A stretch of 64,000 bases of DNA, from the NCBI RefSeq assembly GCF_058153355.1, contig NZ_CM177019.1. One strand, 5' to 3'. Shown here piece after piece: positions 1-12,090 of this stretch; position 1 is the first letter of the stretch; each line of letters opens with the position of its first letter. Below the pieces are notes generated by a model. It ran no database searches, was not told where the DNA came from, and was given only the letters and a program-made list of their open reading frames with translations. The position numbers and the translations under genes were made by a program.

Positions 1-478
1 AAGGAATCAGCGCCAGCAACAGAATGCCAGTTTTTTTCTTATTGTTGTCAAGGATGTTGTCTTTCCCATAACAAAAGAGCGCCAGCGAGGTTAAACAAAT
101 GAAACTGAGTTGGCGGAAAATATAGAAAATAGAAACATCATTCGACTTTGTCTGGATCAGTGTACTGCCGTTGATTGGTTTATGGATAATTACAATGGTT
201 TCAACTAAATAGATAAGGCCACTTAAAAATGCAAGGCTTAAAATGAGTGTTGGTAAAATTTGTTTGTTAGTGAAATACTTCATTAACATGAAAAGAAAAA
301 TGACGGCGTTAAGGAAAAACAAAGCCACAACAACCATCAGGTAATTCATCTGTGGAATGAGTTTTACATTCGTGTTTTCGTTATATAAGGTGGTGATGCA
401 AAATAAAATTAACGTCAGCAATAAGCTGAAAATAAAAAAGCCTTGAGCTTTTAATTTTTGTGTACCCATAGAAACCAT
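1..478 (-). CDS. 5' part of a polytopic membrane protein gene (N-terminal sensor-like domain); continues beyond window start. Possibly the yeaI-like GGDEF protein that follows yeaH in K-12
   Basis: Hand translation of minus strand from ATG at 478 gives MVSMGTQKLKAQGFFIFSLLLTLILFCITTLYNEN... with no stop through position 1 (159 codons), several hydrophobic helices; not in ORF track because it is truncated by the window edge. Confidence 0.45.
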   Translation of the reverse strand, partial: MVSMGTQKLKAQGFFIFSLLLTLILFCITTLYNENTNVKLIPQMNYLMVVVALFFLNAVIFLFMLMKYFTNKQILPTLILSLAFLSGLIYLVETIVIIHKPINGSTLIQTKSNDVSIFYIFRQLSFICLTSLALFCYGKDNILDNNKKKTGILLLALIP

Positions 479-756
479 AAAAAGGAGAGCAATGTGAGTG
501 CTGGATTTTATTGATGGCAGAGATATATGGTTTTGACCAGGATCAATTTTCGTTGACGATAAAAAATAATTAAAGAATAACCCCAGGGAAATACGTGTTG
601 ACCGAATCATTTTTCCGAATGATTGTTTTCTGAAACTAAATTGTGTAAAGGTTATGCTGTCATATTTAAAGCGATTGTAAGCTAATGTATGTAATAAATG
701 AGATAATTTACAGTGAGCTAAAAATCAGCCAGGCGATAATGACCCGGCTGACAGTT

Positions 757-2052
<1,296 letters not shown>

Positions 2053-2152
2053 CTACATTTGCCAACTGTTTGCTACGCCTGTGTTGCCGCTTCTCTGGCC
2101 CACGGTTCGCTGTCGTTGTAGGCCCGGTAGCATGCGTACCGGGCCATGGTTG

Positions 2153-4087
2153 TTAAGACGATTTACGTACGCGCAAATACCATTCGCACAGTAAACGCAC
2201 CTGTTTACGGGTGTAGCCTTTTTCCATCATACGGTCGACAAAATCGTCGTGTTTCTTCTGCTCGTCGGTTGACGTTTTGGCGTTAAACGAAATAACTGGC
2301 AACAGCTCCTCGGTATTAGAGAACATTTTCTTCTCAATAACCGTGCGCAGTTTTTCATAGCTGGTCCAGTTCGGATTGCGTCCGCTGTTATTCGCTCTGG
2401 CGCGCAGTACGAAGTTGACAATCTCGTTGCGGAAATCTTTTGGATTACTGATCCCCGCCGGTTTCTCAATTTTCTCTAGCTCAGCGTTGAGAGATTCGCG
2501 GTCAAATAGCTGCCCGGTATCCGGGTCGCGATACTCCTGATCCTGAATCCAGAAATCTGCATACGTGACATAACGGTCAAAAATGTTTTGTCCATATTCA
2601 GAATAGGATTCAAGATACGCAGTCTGAATCTCTTTACCGATAAACTCGGCATATTTCGGAATCAAGTAACCTTTCAGGAACTCGAGATAACGCTCAGCCT
2701 GCTCCTGAGGGAACTGCTCGCGCTCGATCTGCTGTTCCAGGACGTAGAACAGATGAACAGGGTTTGCTGCCACTTCCACGTGGTCGAAGTTGAACACGCG
2801 AGAGAGGATCTTAAACGCAAAACGCGTGGACAGACCGTTCATCCCTTCATCAACGCCTGCGTAGTCTCGATATTCCTGATACGACTTGGCTTTCGGATCG
2901 GTGTCTTTCAGACTTTCGCCATCATAAACCCGCATCTTCGAATAAATGCTGGAGTTTTCCGGCTCTTTCAGACGCGAAAGAATGGAAAAACGAGACAGCG
3001 TTTCCAGCGTGCCAGGTGCGCATGGGGCGTGAGTCAGTTCACTGTGATTAAGCAATTTCTCGTAGATTTTGATCTCTTCGGAAATACGCAAGCAATATGG
3101 CACCTTCACGATATAAACACGATCGAGGAAGGCTTCGTTGTTCTTGTTATTACGGAAAGTGACCCATTCGGATTCGTTCGAATGGGCGAGAATAATCCCG
3201 TTAAACGGCAGGGCGGAGATACCTTCCGTCCCGTTGTAGTTACCTTCCTGAGTGGCGGTTAACAGGGGATGCAGCACTTTAATCGGTGCTTTAAACATCT
3301 CGACAAACTCCATGATCCCCTGGTTGGCGCGGCATAGTGCACCGGAATATCCGTAGGCGTCCGGATCGTTCTGCGCGTAGTGTTCGAGTTTACGGATATC
3401 GACTTTCCCTACCAGCGCTGAGATGTCCTGGTTGTTCTCATCGCCAGGTTCCGTTTTGGCGATAGCAATTTGTTGCAGAATTGACGGCCAGACCTTTACC
3501 ACCCGGAACTTAGTAATATCGCCACCAAATTCATGCAGGCGTTTTGCTGCCCACGGCGACATGATGGTGCCAAGATAGCGTCGAGGAATGCCATACTCTT
3601 TTTCCAGAATCTGCGCATCTTCTTGCGGATTGAAAAGACAGAACGGATGATCGTTGACCGGGCTCCGCTCACCGTTAGCGCTTAATACATAGATCGGCAC
3701 GAGCTGCATTAATGATTTCAGTCGCTCAGCAAGCGATGATTTACCCCCACCCACAGGCCCCAGCAGATACAGGATTTGTTTCTTCTCCTCCAGCCCCTGA
3801 GCCGCGTGTTTCAGATAAGAGACAATCTGTTCAATCGCGTCTTCCATGCCGTAAAACTCTTCAAAGGCCGGGTAACGTGCAATGACCCGGTTAGAAAAGA
3901 GTCGAGAAAGTCTGGGTTCCTGGGCTGTATCGACCATGACAGGCTCACCGATAGCCATCAATAGCCGCTCAGCCGCGTTGGCATAAGCACTGCGATCTTG
4001 CCGACAAGTGGTAAGAAACTCCTGCAGTGTGAACTCTTCGTCCTTGGCAGCTTCATATCGCTGGCGATAGTGATCGAATATATTCAT
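2153..4087 (-). CDS. yeaG: PrkA-family Ser/Thr protein kinase YeaG
   Basis: 644-aa ORF with Walker A-like GPVGGGKSS motif; synteny. Confidence 0.9.
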   Translation of the reverse strand: MNIFDHYRQRYEAAKDEEFTLQEFLTTCRQDRSAYANAAERLLMAIGEPVMVDTAQEPRLSRLFSNRVIARYPAFEEFYGMEDAIEQIVSYLKHAAQGLEEKKQILYLLGPVGGGKSSLAERLKSLMQLVPIYVLSANGERSPVNDHPFCLFNPQEDAQILEKEYGIPRRYLGTIMSPWAAKRLHEFGGDITKFRVVKVWPSILQQIAIAKTEPGDENNQDISALVGKVDIRKLEHYAQNDPDAYGYSGALCRANQGIMEFVEMFKAPIKVLHPLLTATQEGNYNGTEGISALPFNGIILAHSNESEWVTFRNNKNNEAFLDRVYIVKVPYCLRISEEIKIYEKLLNHSELTHAPCAPGTLETLSRFSILSRLKEPENSSIYSKMRVYDGESLKDTDPKAKSYQEYRDYAGVDEGMNGLSTRFAFKILSRVFNFDHVEVAANPVHLFYVLEQQIEREQFPQEQAERYLEFLKGYLIPKYAEFIGKEIQTAYLESYSEYGQNIFDRYVTYADFWIQDQEYRDPDTGQLFDRESLNAELEKIEKPAGISNPKDFRNEIVNFVLRARANNSGRNPNWTSYEKLRTVIEKKMFSNTEELLPVISFNAKTSTDEQKKHDDFVDRMMEKGYTRKQVRLLCEWYLRVRKSS

Positions 4088-4522
4088 GGTATGCCGTCCT
4101 TTCGTTTTTTAGCACAGGTTAAGAGCCGTTCATATGAATAGTAGAGGCTCCCGGAAGAGGTAAACTGAACGACGTCTCTTGCTAAAACACAGCAACTCTC
4201 ATGCCATTTTAACGACGATGAGAACAACGTGCCCGGTGATACACCTTCAAAATTAAGCGTAGATGGCAAATGGAAAACTTGCCTGCACGGCTTTCTTAAT
4301 TTCAATGGCATATCAACAACTCATCCATAAAATTTGCATAATTAATGTAAAGACCAGGGTCGCCAGTAACGCGTAATTCATTTGGCTGTAAGCGTGGTGT
4401 CATCTGCGTCAGGAAAATTAAACAGTTACTTTAAAAAATGAAAACGTAAAAAGGTTGGGTTTCGATGTATTGACGGGTAAACTTTGTCGCCCGCTAAACA
4501 TTTGTTTAAGGAATGATTAATT

Positions 4523-5269
4523 GTGACCAAACTCAAACTTCTGGCACTTGGAGTGCTTATCGCAACGTCTGCAGGCGTAGCGCACGCTGAAGGTAAATTT
4601 TCCCTGGGCGCAGGCGTAGGTGTCGTTGAACACCCATATAAAGATTACGATACCGATGTTTACCCAGTACCGGTAATCAACTATGAAGGCGATAACTTCT
4701 GGTTCCGTGGCTTAGGTGGTGGTTACTACCTGTGGAATGACGCAACGGATAAACTTTCAATTACCGCTTACTGGTCGCCGCTTTACTTCAAAGCTAAAGA
4801 CAGTGGCGATCACCAAATGCGTCACCTGGATGACCGTAAGAGCACCATGATGGCTGGTCTGTCTTATGCTCACTTTACCCAGTACGGTTACCTGCGTACC
4901 ACCCTGGCTGGCGATACCCTGGATAACAGCAACGGCATCGTCTGGGATATGGCCTGGTTGTATCGTTACACCAACGGTGGCCTGACCGTGACTCCGGGTA
5001 TTGGTGTGCAGTGGAACAGCGAAAACCAGAACGAATACTATTATGGCGTATCGCGCAAAGAGTCCACTCGCAGCGGTCTGCGTGGCTATAACCCGAACGA
5101 CAGCTGGAGCCCTTACCTGGAGCTGAGTGCCAGCTACAACTTCCTCGGTGACTGGAGTGTTTACGGTACCGCGCGCTACACCCGTCTGTCTGATGAAGTT
5201 ACTGACAGCCCAATGGTGGATAAATCCTGGACTGGCCTGATTTCTACCGGGATCACCTACAAATTCTGA
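4523..5269 (+). CDS. mipA: MltA-interacting outer membrane protein MipA
   Basis: 248-aa ORF with signal peptide MTKLKLLALGVLIATSAGVAHA; C-terminal aromatic residue typical of beta-barrel OMPs. Confidence 0.9.
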   Translation: MTKLKLLALGVLIATSAGVAHAEGKFSLGAGVGVVEHPYKDYDTDVYPVPVINYEGDNFWFRGLGGGYYLWNDATDKLSITAYWSPLYFKAKDSGDHQMRHLDDRKSTMMAGLSYAHFTQYGYLRTTLAGDTLDNSNGIVWDMAWLYRYTNGGLTVTPGIGVQWNSENQNEYYYGVSRKESTRSGLRGYNPNDSWSPYLELSASYNFLGDWSVYGTARYTRLSDEVTDSPMVDKSWTGLISTGITYKF

Positions 5270-5304
5270 TAATGCATCTTTCCAGGGCATTTTGTGCATA
5301 AAAA

Positions 5305-5326
5305 CAGGGCGTAATGCCCTGTTTTG
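5305..5326 (+). terminator. Rho-independent terminator after mipA
   Basis: Hairpin CAGGGC-gtaat-GCCCTG followed by TTTTG. Confidence 0.5.
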
Positions 5327-5358
5327 CATTACGGTGGTGCAATACCTGGGAGGAAACA

Positions 5359-6213
5359 ATGCAACAAAAAATGATTCAATTTAGTGGCGATGTCTCACTG
5401 CCAGCCATAGGGCAGGGAACATGGTATATGGGCGAAGATGCCAGTCAGCGTAAAACAGAAGTTGCTGCACTACGCGCGGGCATTGAACTCGGTTTAACCC
5501 TCATTGATACCGCCGAAATGTATGCCGATGGCGGTGCCGAAAAAGTGGTTGGGGAAGCATTAACCGGTCTGCGTGAGAACGTCTTTCTCGTCTCTAAAGT
5601 CTATCCGTGGAATGCTGGCGGGCAAAAAGCGATAAATGCATGCGAAGCCAGTTTACGCCGTCTCAATACTGATTATCTCGATCTCTACTTATTACACTGG
5701 TCTGGCAGTTTCGCTCTCGAAGAGACTGTCGCAGCGATGGAAAAATTGATCGCCCAGGGAAAAATCCGCCGCTGGGGCGTTTCTAACCTTGATTATGCCG
5801 ATATGCAGGAACTCTGGCAGCTGCCGGGGGGAAATCAGTGTGCCACTAATCAGGTGCTTTACCATCTCGGTTCACGAGGGATTGAGTATGATCTACTCCC
5901 CTGGTGCCAGAAACAGCAGATGCCGGTGATGGCTTACAGTCCATTAGCCCAGGCCGGGCGGTTGCGCAATGGACTGTTAAAAAATGCGGTAGTCAACGAA
6001 ATTGCACATGCTCACAATATCAGTGCGGCACAAGTATTGTTGGCGTGGGTAATCAGCCATCAGGGTGTGATGGCGATTCCAAAAGCGGCAACTGTCGCAC
6101 ATGTCCAACAAAATGCGGCTGTGCTTGAGGTTGAACTTTCGTCAGCGGAATTAGTTATGCTGGATAAAGCGTATCCGGCACCAAAAGGAAAAACTGCGCT
6201 GGATATGGTGTGA
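5359..6213 (+). CDS. yeaE: Aldo-keto reductase YeaE
   Basis: ORF 5314-6213; start placed at internal ATG giving MQQKMIQFSG (284 aa). Confidence 0.85.
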   Translation: MQQKMIQFSGDVSLPAIGQGTWYMGEDASQRKTEVAALRAGIELGLTLIDTAEMYADGGAEKVVGEALTGLRENVFLVSKVYPWNAGGQKAINACEASLRRLNTDYLDLYLLHWSGSFALEETVAAMEKLIAQGKIRRWGVSNLDYADMQELWQLPGGNQCATNQVLYHLGSRGIEYDLLPWCQKQQMPVMAYSPLAQAGRLRNGLLKNAVVNEIAHAHNISAAQVLLAWVISHQGVMAIPKAATVAHVQQNAAVLEVELSSAELVMLDKAYPAPKGKTALDMV

Positions 6214-6263
6214 TGTTGATACGTGCCGGATGCATCGCACCCGGCACACAATATTAACGCAAA

Positions 6264-7148
6264 TTAACGTTTCGCAACGCGAATGGATTGCGCCAGATGT
6301 GCAGGTTTCTCTTTGGTGACTTTTTGCGTTTCTGAAGCGTATGCCGTTTCTACACAAACAAAGGTCTTGTAGCCATCATCCGGCATATCGCCCATGCTAA
6401 CTGAAAGCGCCGGTCCTGGGTTCCAGCCTACAACGTTCAGATGATGCTGGTGGCCTACGGCGATAATACGATTCAGCGCTTCGTCATTAATTACGCTGCA
6501 ATCTTGCGGATTCAGATACACGCGATCGGTACGGTCAGGGAAGGTCTGAATACCGTCGGTCAGTACATCTTCTTTCGCGTCATTTACTTTATCAATGAAG
6601 CGATCGCCTAGTCCACTGACGCTTACCTTAGCGATATCACCCACGTTAAAGTAGGTATGCAGAGCAGAGGTAGTTTCAAATTCGCCGTGTGCTTCAAGAT
6701 CGATTTCACAGGCTTTACCTACGCGGAAATGCGCTAACAGCGTAAAGTCGTGCGGCCAGAATTTTTTCGTCTCTTCGCTTTGTGTCAATTCAAAAGTCAG
6801 CGCTACACCATCAGCATCTTCACGATGTGATTTCAGCGTCCACGGCAGGTTGCGGGCAAAACCGTGCGCAGGCAGACCTTGTTGTGCAGCCGGACCAAAC
6901 CACGGCCAGCAAACCGGTATGCCACCGCGAATGGCGACGCCATTTTTGAACGGTGTGTTGTTACTCAACCACAGAACTTCTTCTTCACCCGCAGGTTTCC
7001 ACGAGAGAAGGTGTGCGCCCTGTAATGCAAAAGAGGCTTTTACCTGGGGATGATCGACCACAATGAGGTCCAGTTCATCCAGTTTACGACGGGAGAGGAC
7101 AGGGGAGATTTGTTCGATGACCGGAAGGGCAAAAATTTTCTTAATCAT
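6264..7148 (-). CDS. yeaD: Glucose-6-phosphate 1-epimerase YeaD
   Basis: ORF 6264-7169; start trimmed to MIKKIFALPV (294 aa); synteny next to gapA. Confidence 0.85.
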   Translation of the reverse strand: MIKKIFALPVIEQISPVLSRRKLDELDLIVVDHPQVKASFALQGAHLLSWKPAGEEEVLWLSNNTPFKNGVAIRGGIPVCWPWFGPAAQQGLPAHGFARNLPWTLKSHREDADGVALTFELTQSEETKKFWPHDFTLLAHFRVGKACEIDLEAHGEFETTSALHTYFNVGDIAKVSVSGLGDRFIDKVNDAKEDVLTDGIQTFPDRTDRVYLNPQDCSVINDEALNRIIAVGHQHHLNVVGWNPGPALSVSMGDMPDDGYKTFVCVETAYASETQKVTKEKPAHLAQSIRVAKR

Positions 7149-7178
7149 GACGCAGTCCTTTAACTTCATTTTATCAGG

Positions 7179-7211
7179 TAAAAAAAAGAGCGACCGAAGT
7201 CGCTCTTTTTA
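7179..7211 (-). terminator. Rho-independent terminator downstream of gapA (palindromic, potentially bidirectional)
   Basis: AGAGCGAC-cgaa-GTCGCTCT hairpin flanked by A8 on one side and T5 on the other. Confidence 0.6.
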
Positions 7212-7231
7212 GATCACAGAGTCATCTCAAC

Positions 7232-8239
<1,008 letters not shown>

Positions 8240-8568
8240 CTATTTGTTAGTGAATAAAAGGTTGCCTGTAAAATTACAAAAACCTTACGCAGCGTCAAGC
8301 GGAATCGTGTCAATCATTGCGACAAATCAATCCTGTGCCTAAGCATTATGCGACTGACTCGCCTCACTCTTCCTTTGGGCTTGAGACCACATGGGGTCGG
8401 CGCCCCGAATTTTAAAGGGCAATTACGATAAAAATGTGATTTTCATCACGATTTAGGTGCAGCCATTTCGTCGAGATCAAGTTTAGGACAAAATTTTGCC
8501 AGTTGGTGTTAATGTTTTGTTGGAATCAGTCACGTAATGTGAGTACGATTAAAGTGAGATGTGAGCAA

Positions 8569-8982
8569 ATGGCTAATAAACCTTCGGCAGAAGAACTGAA
8601 AAAAAATTTGTCCGAGATGCAGTTCTACGTGACGCAGAATCATGGGACAGAGCCGCCATTTACGGGTCGTTTACTGCATAACAAGCGTGACGGCGTATAT
8701 CACTGTTTGATCTGCGATGCCCCGCTGTTTCATTCCCAAACCAAGTATGATTCCGGCTGTGGTTGGCCCAGTTTCTACGAACCGGTGAGTGAAGAATCCA
8801 TTCGTTATATCAAAGACTTGTCACATGGAATGCAGCGCATAGAAATTCGTTGCGGTAACTGTGATGCCCATCTGGGGCATGTCTTCCCCGACGGGCCGCA
8901 GCCAACGGGTGAACGTTATTGTGTTAACTCAGCCTCTTTACGCTTTACCGATGGCGAAAACGGCGAAGAAATCAACGGTTGA
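8569..8982 (+). CDS. msrB: Methionine sulfoxide reductase B
   Basis: 137 aa from [12 protein letters not shown]; two CxxC zinc motifs ([19 protein letters not shown]). Confidence 0.9.
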
Positions 8983-9023
8983 AAAAACGATTCAGCAACT
9001 TATTCCACAGGAGCGGAAAAATT

Positions 9024-9296
9024 ATGAATCTTGATGACATTATCAACAGCATGACGCCTGATGTATACCAGCGTTTGTCGACTGCCGTTGAGCTGGGGAA
9101 ATGGCCCGATGGCGTTGCGCTGACCGAGGAACAAAAAGAGAACTGCCTACAGCTGGTGATGCTGTGGCAAGCCCGCCATAATACCGAAGCACAGCATATG
9201 ACAATTGACACACATGGTCAGATGGTTATGAAGAGCAAACAACAGTTAAAAGAAGATTTTGGTATCTCAGCAAAGCCTATTGCCATGTTTAAATGA
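9024..9296 (+). CDS. yeaC: DUF1315 family protein YeaC
   Basis: 90 aa from MNLDDIINSMTPD; synteny downstream of msrB. Confidence 0.8.
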   Translation: MNLDDIINSMTPDVYQRLSTAVELGKWPDGVALTEEQKENCLQLVMLWQARHNTEAQHMTIDTHGQMVMKSKQQLKEDFGISAKPIAMFK

Positions 9297-9464
9297 TTGA
9301 ATTATTCAGCTTTTTGAGTCTGTTATTAAGTGCGAACAAAAATACTTGTTTGACGTCTTGATTGTTCGATTTAGCGGTTGATAGGTTAAATGCAACACTG
9401 ACGAGTATAACCTGGCCTACGATGTCAATGAGGAAATGTAGGCCAGAGATGTATTCAACTAATA

Positions 9465-10106
9465 TTACTCCTGCGTCTCTTCCCAGTCTGCCAGCGTATA
9501 TAGCGTTGCCCCAGCTGCTGACATCTCCATAAACGCGTGCGCACTGTCCTGTGGCTGGATATTCACGCCACGACAACCATCGGTAATCACATTAACCTTA
9601 TAACCTAACTGTAACGCGTCCAGCACGGTAAACTTCACGCAATAGTCAGTAGCCAGGCCCATAATGATCAATTCATCGATTTCATGATCGCGTAACCAGT
9701 CATCGAGCGTGGTTTTCTGCCGACGGCCGTTATCAAAAAAGGCACTGTAACTGTCAACTAAAGGATTTTCGCCTTTATGGAACACCGCTGCGATCGCTTT
9801 TTGGTTCAGTAACGGATGTAATTGTGCGCCTTCACTGTTCTGCACACAGTGATCTGGCCAGAAGGTTTGTGGCAAACCGTCGAGTTGGCCTGGCGTATAA
9901 GGCTCTACACCGTGCTGACTGGCAAAACTGCCGTGATTCGCCGGGTGCCAGTCTTGACTGGCGATAACCGCTTCACCGCGCGACTGGCACCAGTCAATCA
10001 GGCGGTTAGCGACATCCACCGTACTGTCACCTTCCGGCACGGCGAGCGCGCCACCAGCACAGAAATCATTTTGTAAATCGACCAGTAACAGGGCGCGAGG
10101 GGGCAT
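9465..10106 (-). CDS. pncA: Nicotinamidase/pyrazinamidase
   Basis: ORF 9465-10124 trimmed to MPPRALLLVDLQNDF (213 aa); isochorismatase-like fold motifs. Confidence 0.9.
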   Translation of the reverse strand: MPPRALLLVDLQNDFCAGGALAVPEGDSTVDVANRLIDWCQSRGEAVIASQDWHPANHGSFASQHGVEPYTPGQLDGLPQTFWPDHCVQNSEGAQLHPLLNQKAIAAVFHKGENPLVDSYSAFFDNGRRQKTTLDDWLRDHEIDELIIMGLATDYCVKFTVLDALQLGYKVNVITDGCRGVNIQPQDSAHAFMEMSAAGATLYTLADWEETQE

Positions 10107-10116
10107 TGCAGTCTCC

Positions 10117-11133
10117 TTAATCATCCGGCGTCAGTTCGCCGCGCAGGTTTTGGCTCATGGCCTTGCGAATGGTTTCAGTATCCAGTTCCTGGCTAAGCAG
10201 GTAATGCAGTTTGGTTAGCGTGGCTTCTACAGTCATATCTGCACCGCCAATAACGCCGGCATGGGCGAGGGCGTTACCGGTGGCATAACCCCCCATGTTC
10301 ACTTTACCGGACATACATTGTGTCAGGTTGACTACCACAATTCCGCGATCGCTGGCTTCTTGTAATTCTTGCAGGAAGGCTTTGTTTTGTGGCGCATTAC
10401 CCACGCCATATGAGCGCAGAATCAATGCTTTCACCGGTTGGCGCAGAAAATTGCGCACGACGTCAGCAGAAATCCCCGGATAAATCGTCACTACGCCAAT
10501 TGGTTGTGGGGTGATTGGATGAACGATCAATTCCCCTTCACCGTGCGGGGCTGGGGGGGTATTCAAACGACGAATGTGGATACCTGCTTCCAGTAACGGA
10601 GGAAGGTTTGGAGAGGCAAACGCATCAAAACCATCGGCATGGGCTTTGGTGGTACGGTTGCCACGATAAAGTCGATTATTAAAAAAGAGAGTTACTTCGT
10701 TGATAGGATAATTCGCCGCAACGTACAACGCATTCAGCAGATTAATTTGTCCGTCAGAGCGTAACTCAGCCAGCGGGATTTGTGACCCTGTCACAATGAC
10801 CGGTTTACCGAGATTCTCGAGCATGAACGACAGCGCAGAGGCGGTATACGCCATCGTGTCGGTGCCGTGCAGAATGACAAAACCATCATAGTCGTCATAA
10901 TGCGCTTTAATATCTTCAGCAATATGCTGCCAGTCTTCTGGCGTCATATCTGAAGAGTCCATCAGCGGCGTATATTCATGAATGGTGAAATCTGGCATCT
11001 CCGGGCGATGGAATTCCGGCATCAGCGCCAGTTGGCGTTGTAGATGACCTGACACCGGAATATAACCCTGCTCGGAACGCTGCATCCCGATGGTCCCGCC
11101 CGTGTAGGCGACGTAAATTGATTTCTTTTGCAT
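10117..11133 (-). CDS. ansA: Cytoplasmic L-asparaginase I
   Basis: 338 aa, MQKKSIYVAYTGGTIGM with TGGT active-site threonine motif. Confidence 0.9.
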   Translation of the reverse strand: MQKKSIYVAYTGGTIGMQRSEQGYIPVSGHLQRQLALMPEFHRPEMPDFTIHEYTPLMDSSDMTPEDWQHIAEDIKAHYDDYDGFVILHGTDTMAYTASALSFMLENLGKPVIVTGSQIPLAELRSDGQINLLNALYVAANYPINEVTLFFNNRLYRGNRTTKAHADGFDAFASPNLPPLLEAGIHIRRLNTPPAPHGEGELIVHPITPQPIGVVTIYPGISADVVRNFLRQPVKALILRSYGVGNAPQNKAFLQELQEASDRGIVVVNLTQCMSGKVNMGGYATGNALAHAGVIGGADMTVEATLTKLHYLLSQELDTETIRKAMSQNLRGELTPDD

Positions 11134-11264
11134 GATATTGATATGAATGATATCGAAAGAGCAAAAGTATATACGTGAGGGGCAGCGAGCGCACCTGGTT
11201 ACTCTGTGGATATGAGAAAAGTCCGGCAGAACGGAGGGATTAGTGTCCCGCCGGAGAAAAGTGG

Positions 11265-11987
11265 TTAATCCTGCAACGCATAGGTTACGGTGGTGACTAC
11301 GCGTACCGTTTTATTAATCGCCGTAGGATCATCTTCATCACTGCCACTGGCGAAGATCTGGAACACGCCTTGTGAGGCATCGCTAATTGACCCCACCTGG
11401 CTACCTGAGTCCGTTGCAAATTGTAATGCTGCGTTGCGTGCATCTTTGGTGGCGGCGGCAATCATCTCAGCGCGCAGTGCGCCAATACCATTAAAGCGAT
11501 AGGCGACTTTGCTCTCAGCGATAGCGCCCTCCGTAGCGACTTGCAGTTCGTTTAATTTCGCGACGACTTTTTCGACAGCAGCAACATTATGGGTTTTTAT
11601 CGTCACTGACCCGTCTGCGTTATAGCGTGGCATTGTGGGATCATCTTTCAGATAAAAGGAATCTGTTCGCTTGCTTTTCCATTGGCCCAGGGTTATCTCT
11701 TTCTCGTTAATCCCCTGAGCATTGAGTTCGGCAACAATTTTTTTCTGCGCGTCTTCCAGTTTCGGGAACAGTTCGCCGGGAATATTACCCTTAAAGTTAA
11801 TCGCAATTGTTAATTCTGCCGTATCTGCGCGAACTTCTTTTTCAGAAAGCCCACGCACATTTACATAACGGTTATTGGTTTTTAAATGTTTAACACCATC
11901 GCCAACAAAATAACCACAGGCGCTAATCCCCAGTCCGAGGACGATAGCGGCAATTAAAGAGGGGGCCTTATTCACTGATAACTCCAT
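11265..11987 (-). CDS. Putative lipoprotein, tentatively SIMPL/DUF541-like periplasmic protein; not recalled at this position in K-12
   Basis: ORF 11265-12077; most plausible start ATG at 11987 giving MELSVNKAPSLIAAIVLGLGISAC (signal peptide plus lipobox ISA-C); about 240 aa; codirectional between sppA and ansA. Confidence 0.6.
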   Translation of the reverse strand: MELSVNKAPSLIAAIVLGLGISACGYFVGDGVKHLKTNNRYVNVRGLSEKEVRADTAELTIAINFKGNIPGELFPKLEDAQKKIVAELNAQGINEKEITLGQWKSKRTDSFYLKDDPTMPRYNADGSVTIKTHNVAAVEKVVAKLNELQVATEGAIAESKVAYRFNGIGALRAEMIAAATKDARNAALQFATDSGSQVGSISDASQGVFQIFASGSDEDDPTAINKTVRVVTTVTYALQD

Positions 11988-12090
11988 ATCAGATGCTAAA
12001 TGAGCAAGGGAATGTAGTGGAGAGAGGGAGTGAAAGACAGTCCGATTCAGGAGTGTGGCCGACAGCATATCGGCCACATTTTTGCAGGAT

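Noticed and set aside
2588-3262. 224-aa ORF on + strand
   Set aside because: Antisense inside yeaG; no independent support.
4084-4311. 75-aa ORF on - strand upstream of yeaG
   Set aside because: Lies in the yeaG promoter/leader region with no RBS or conservation signal I can see; likely noncoding.
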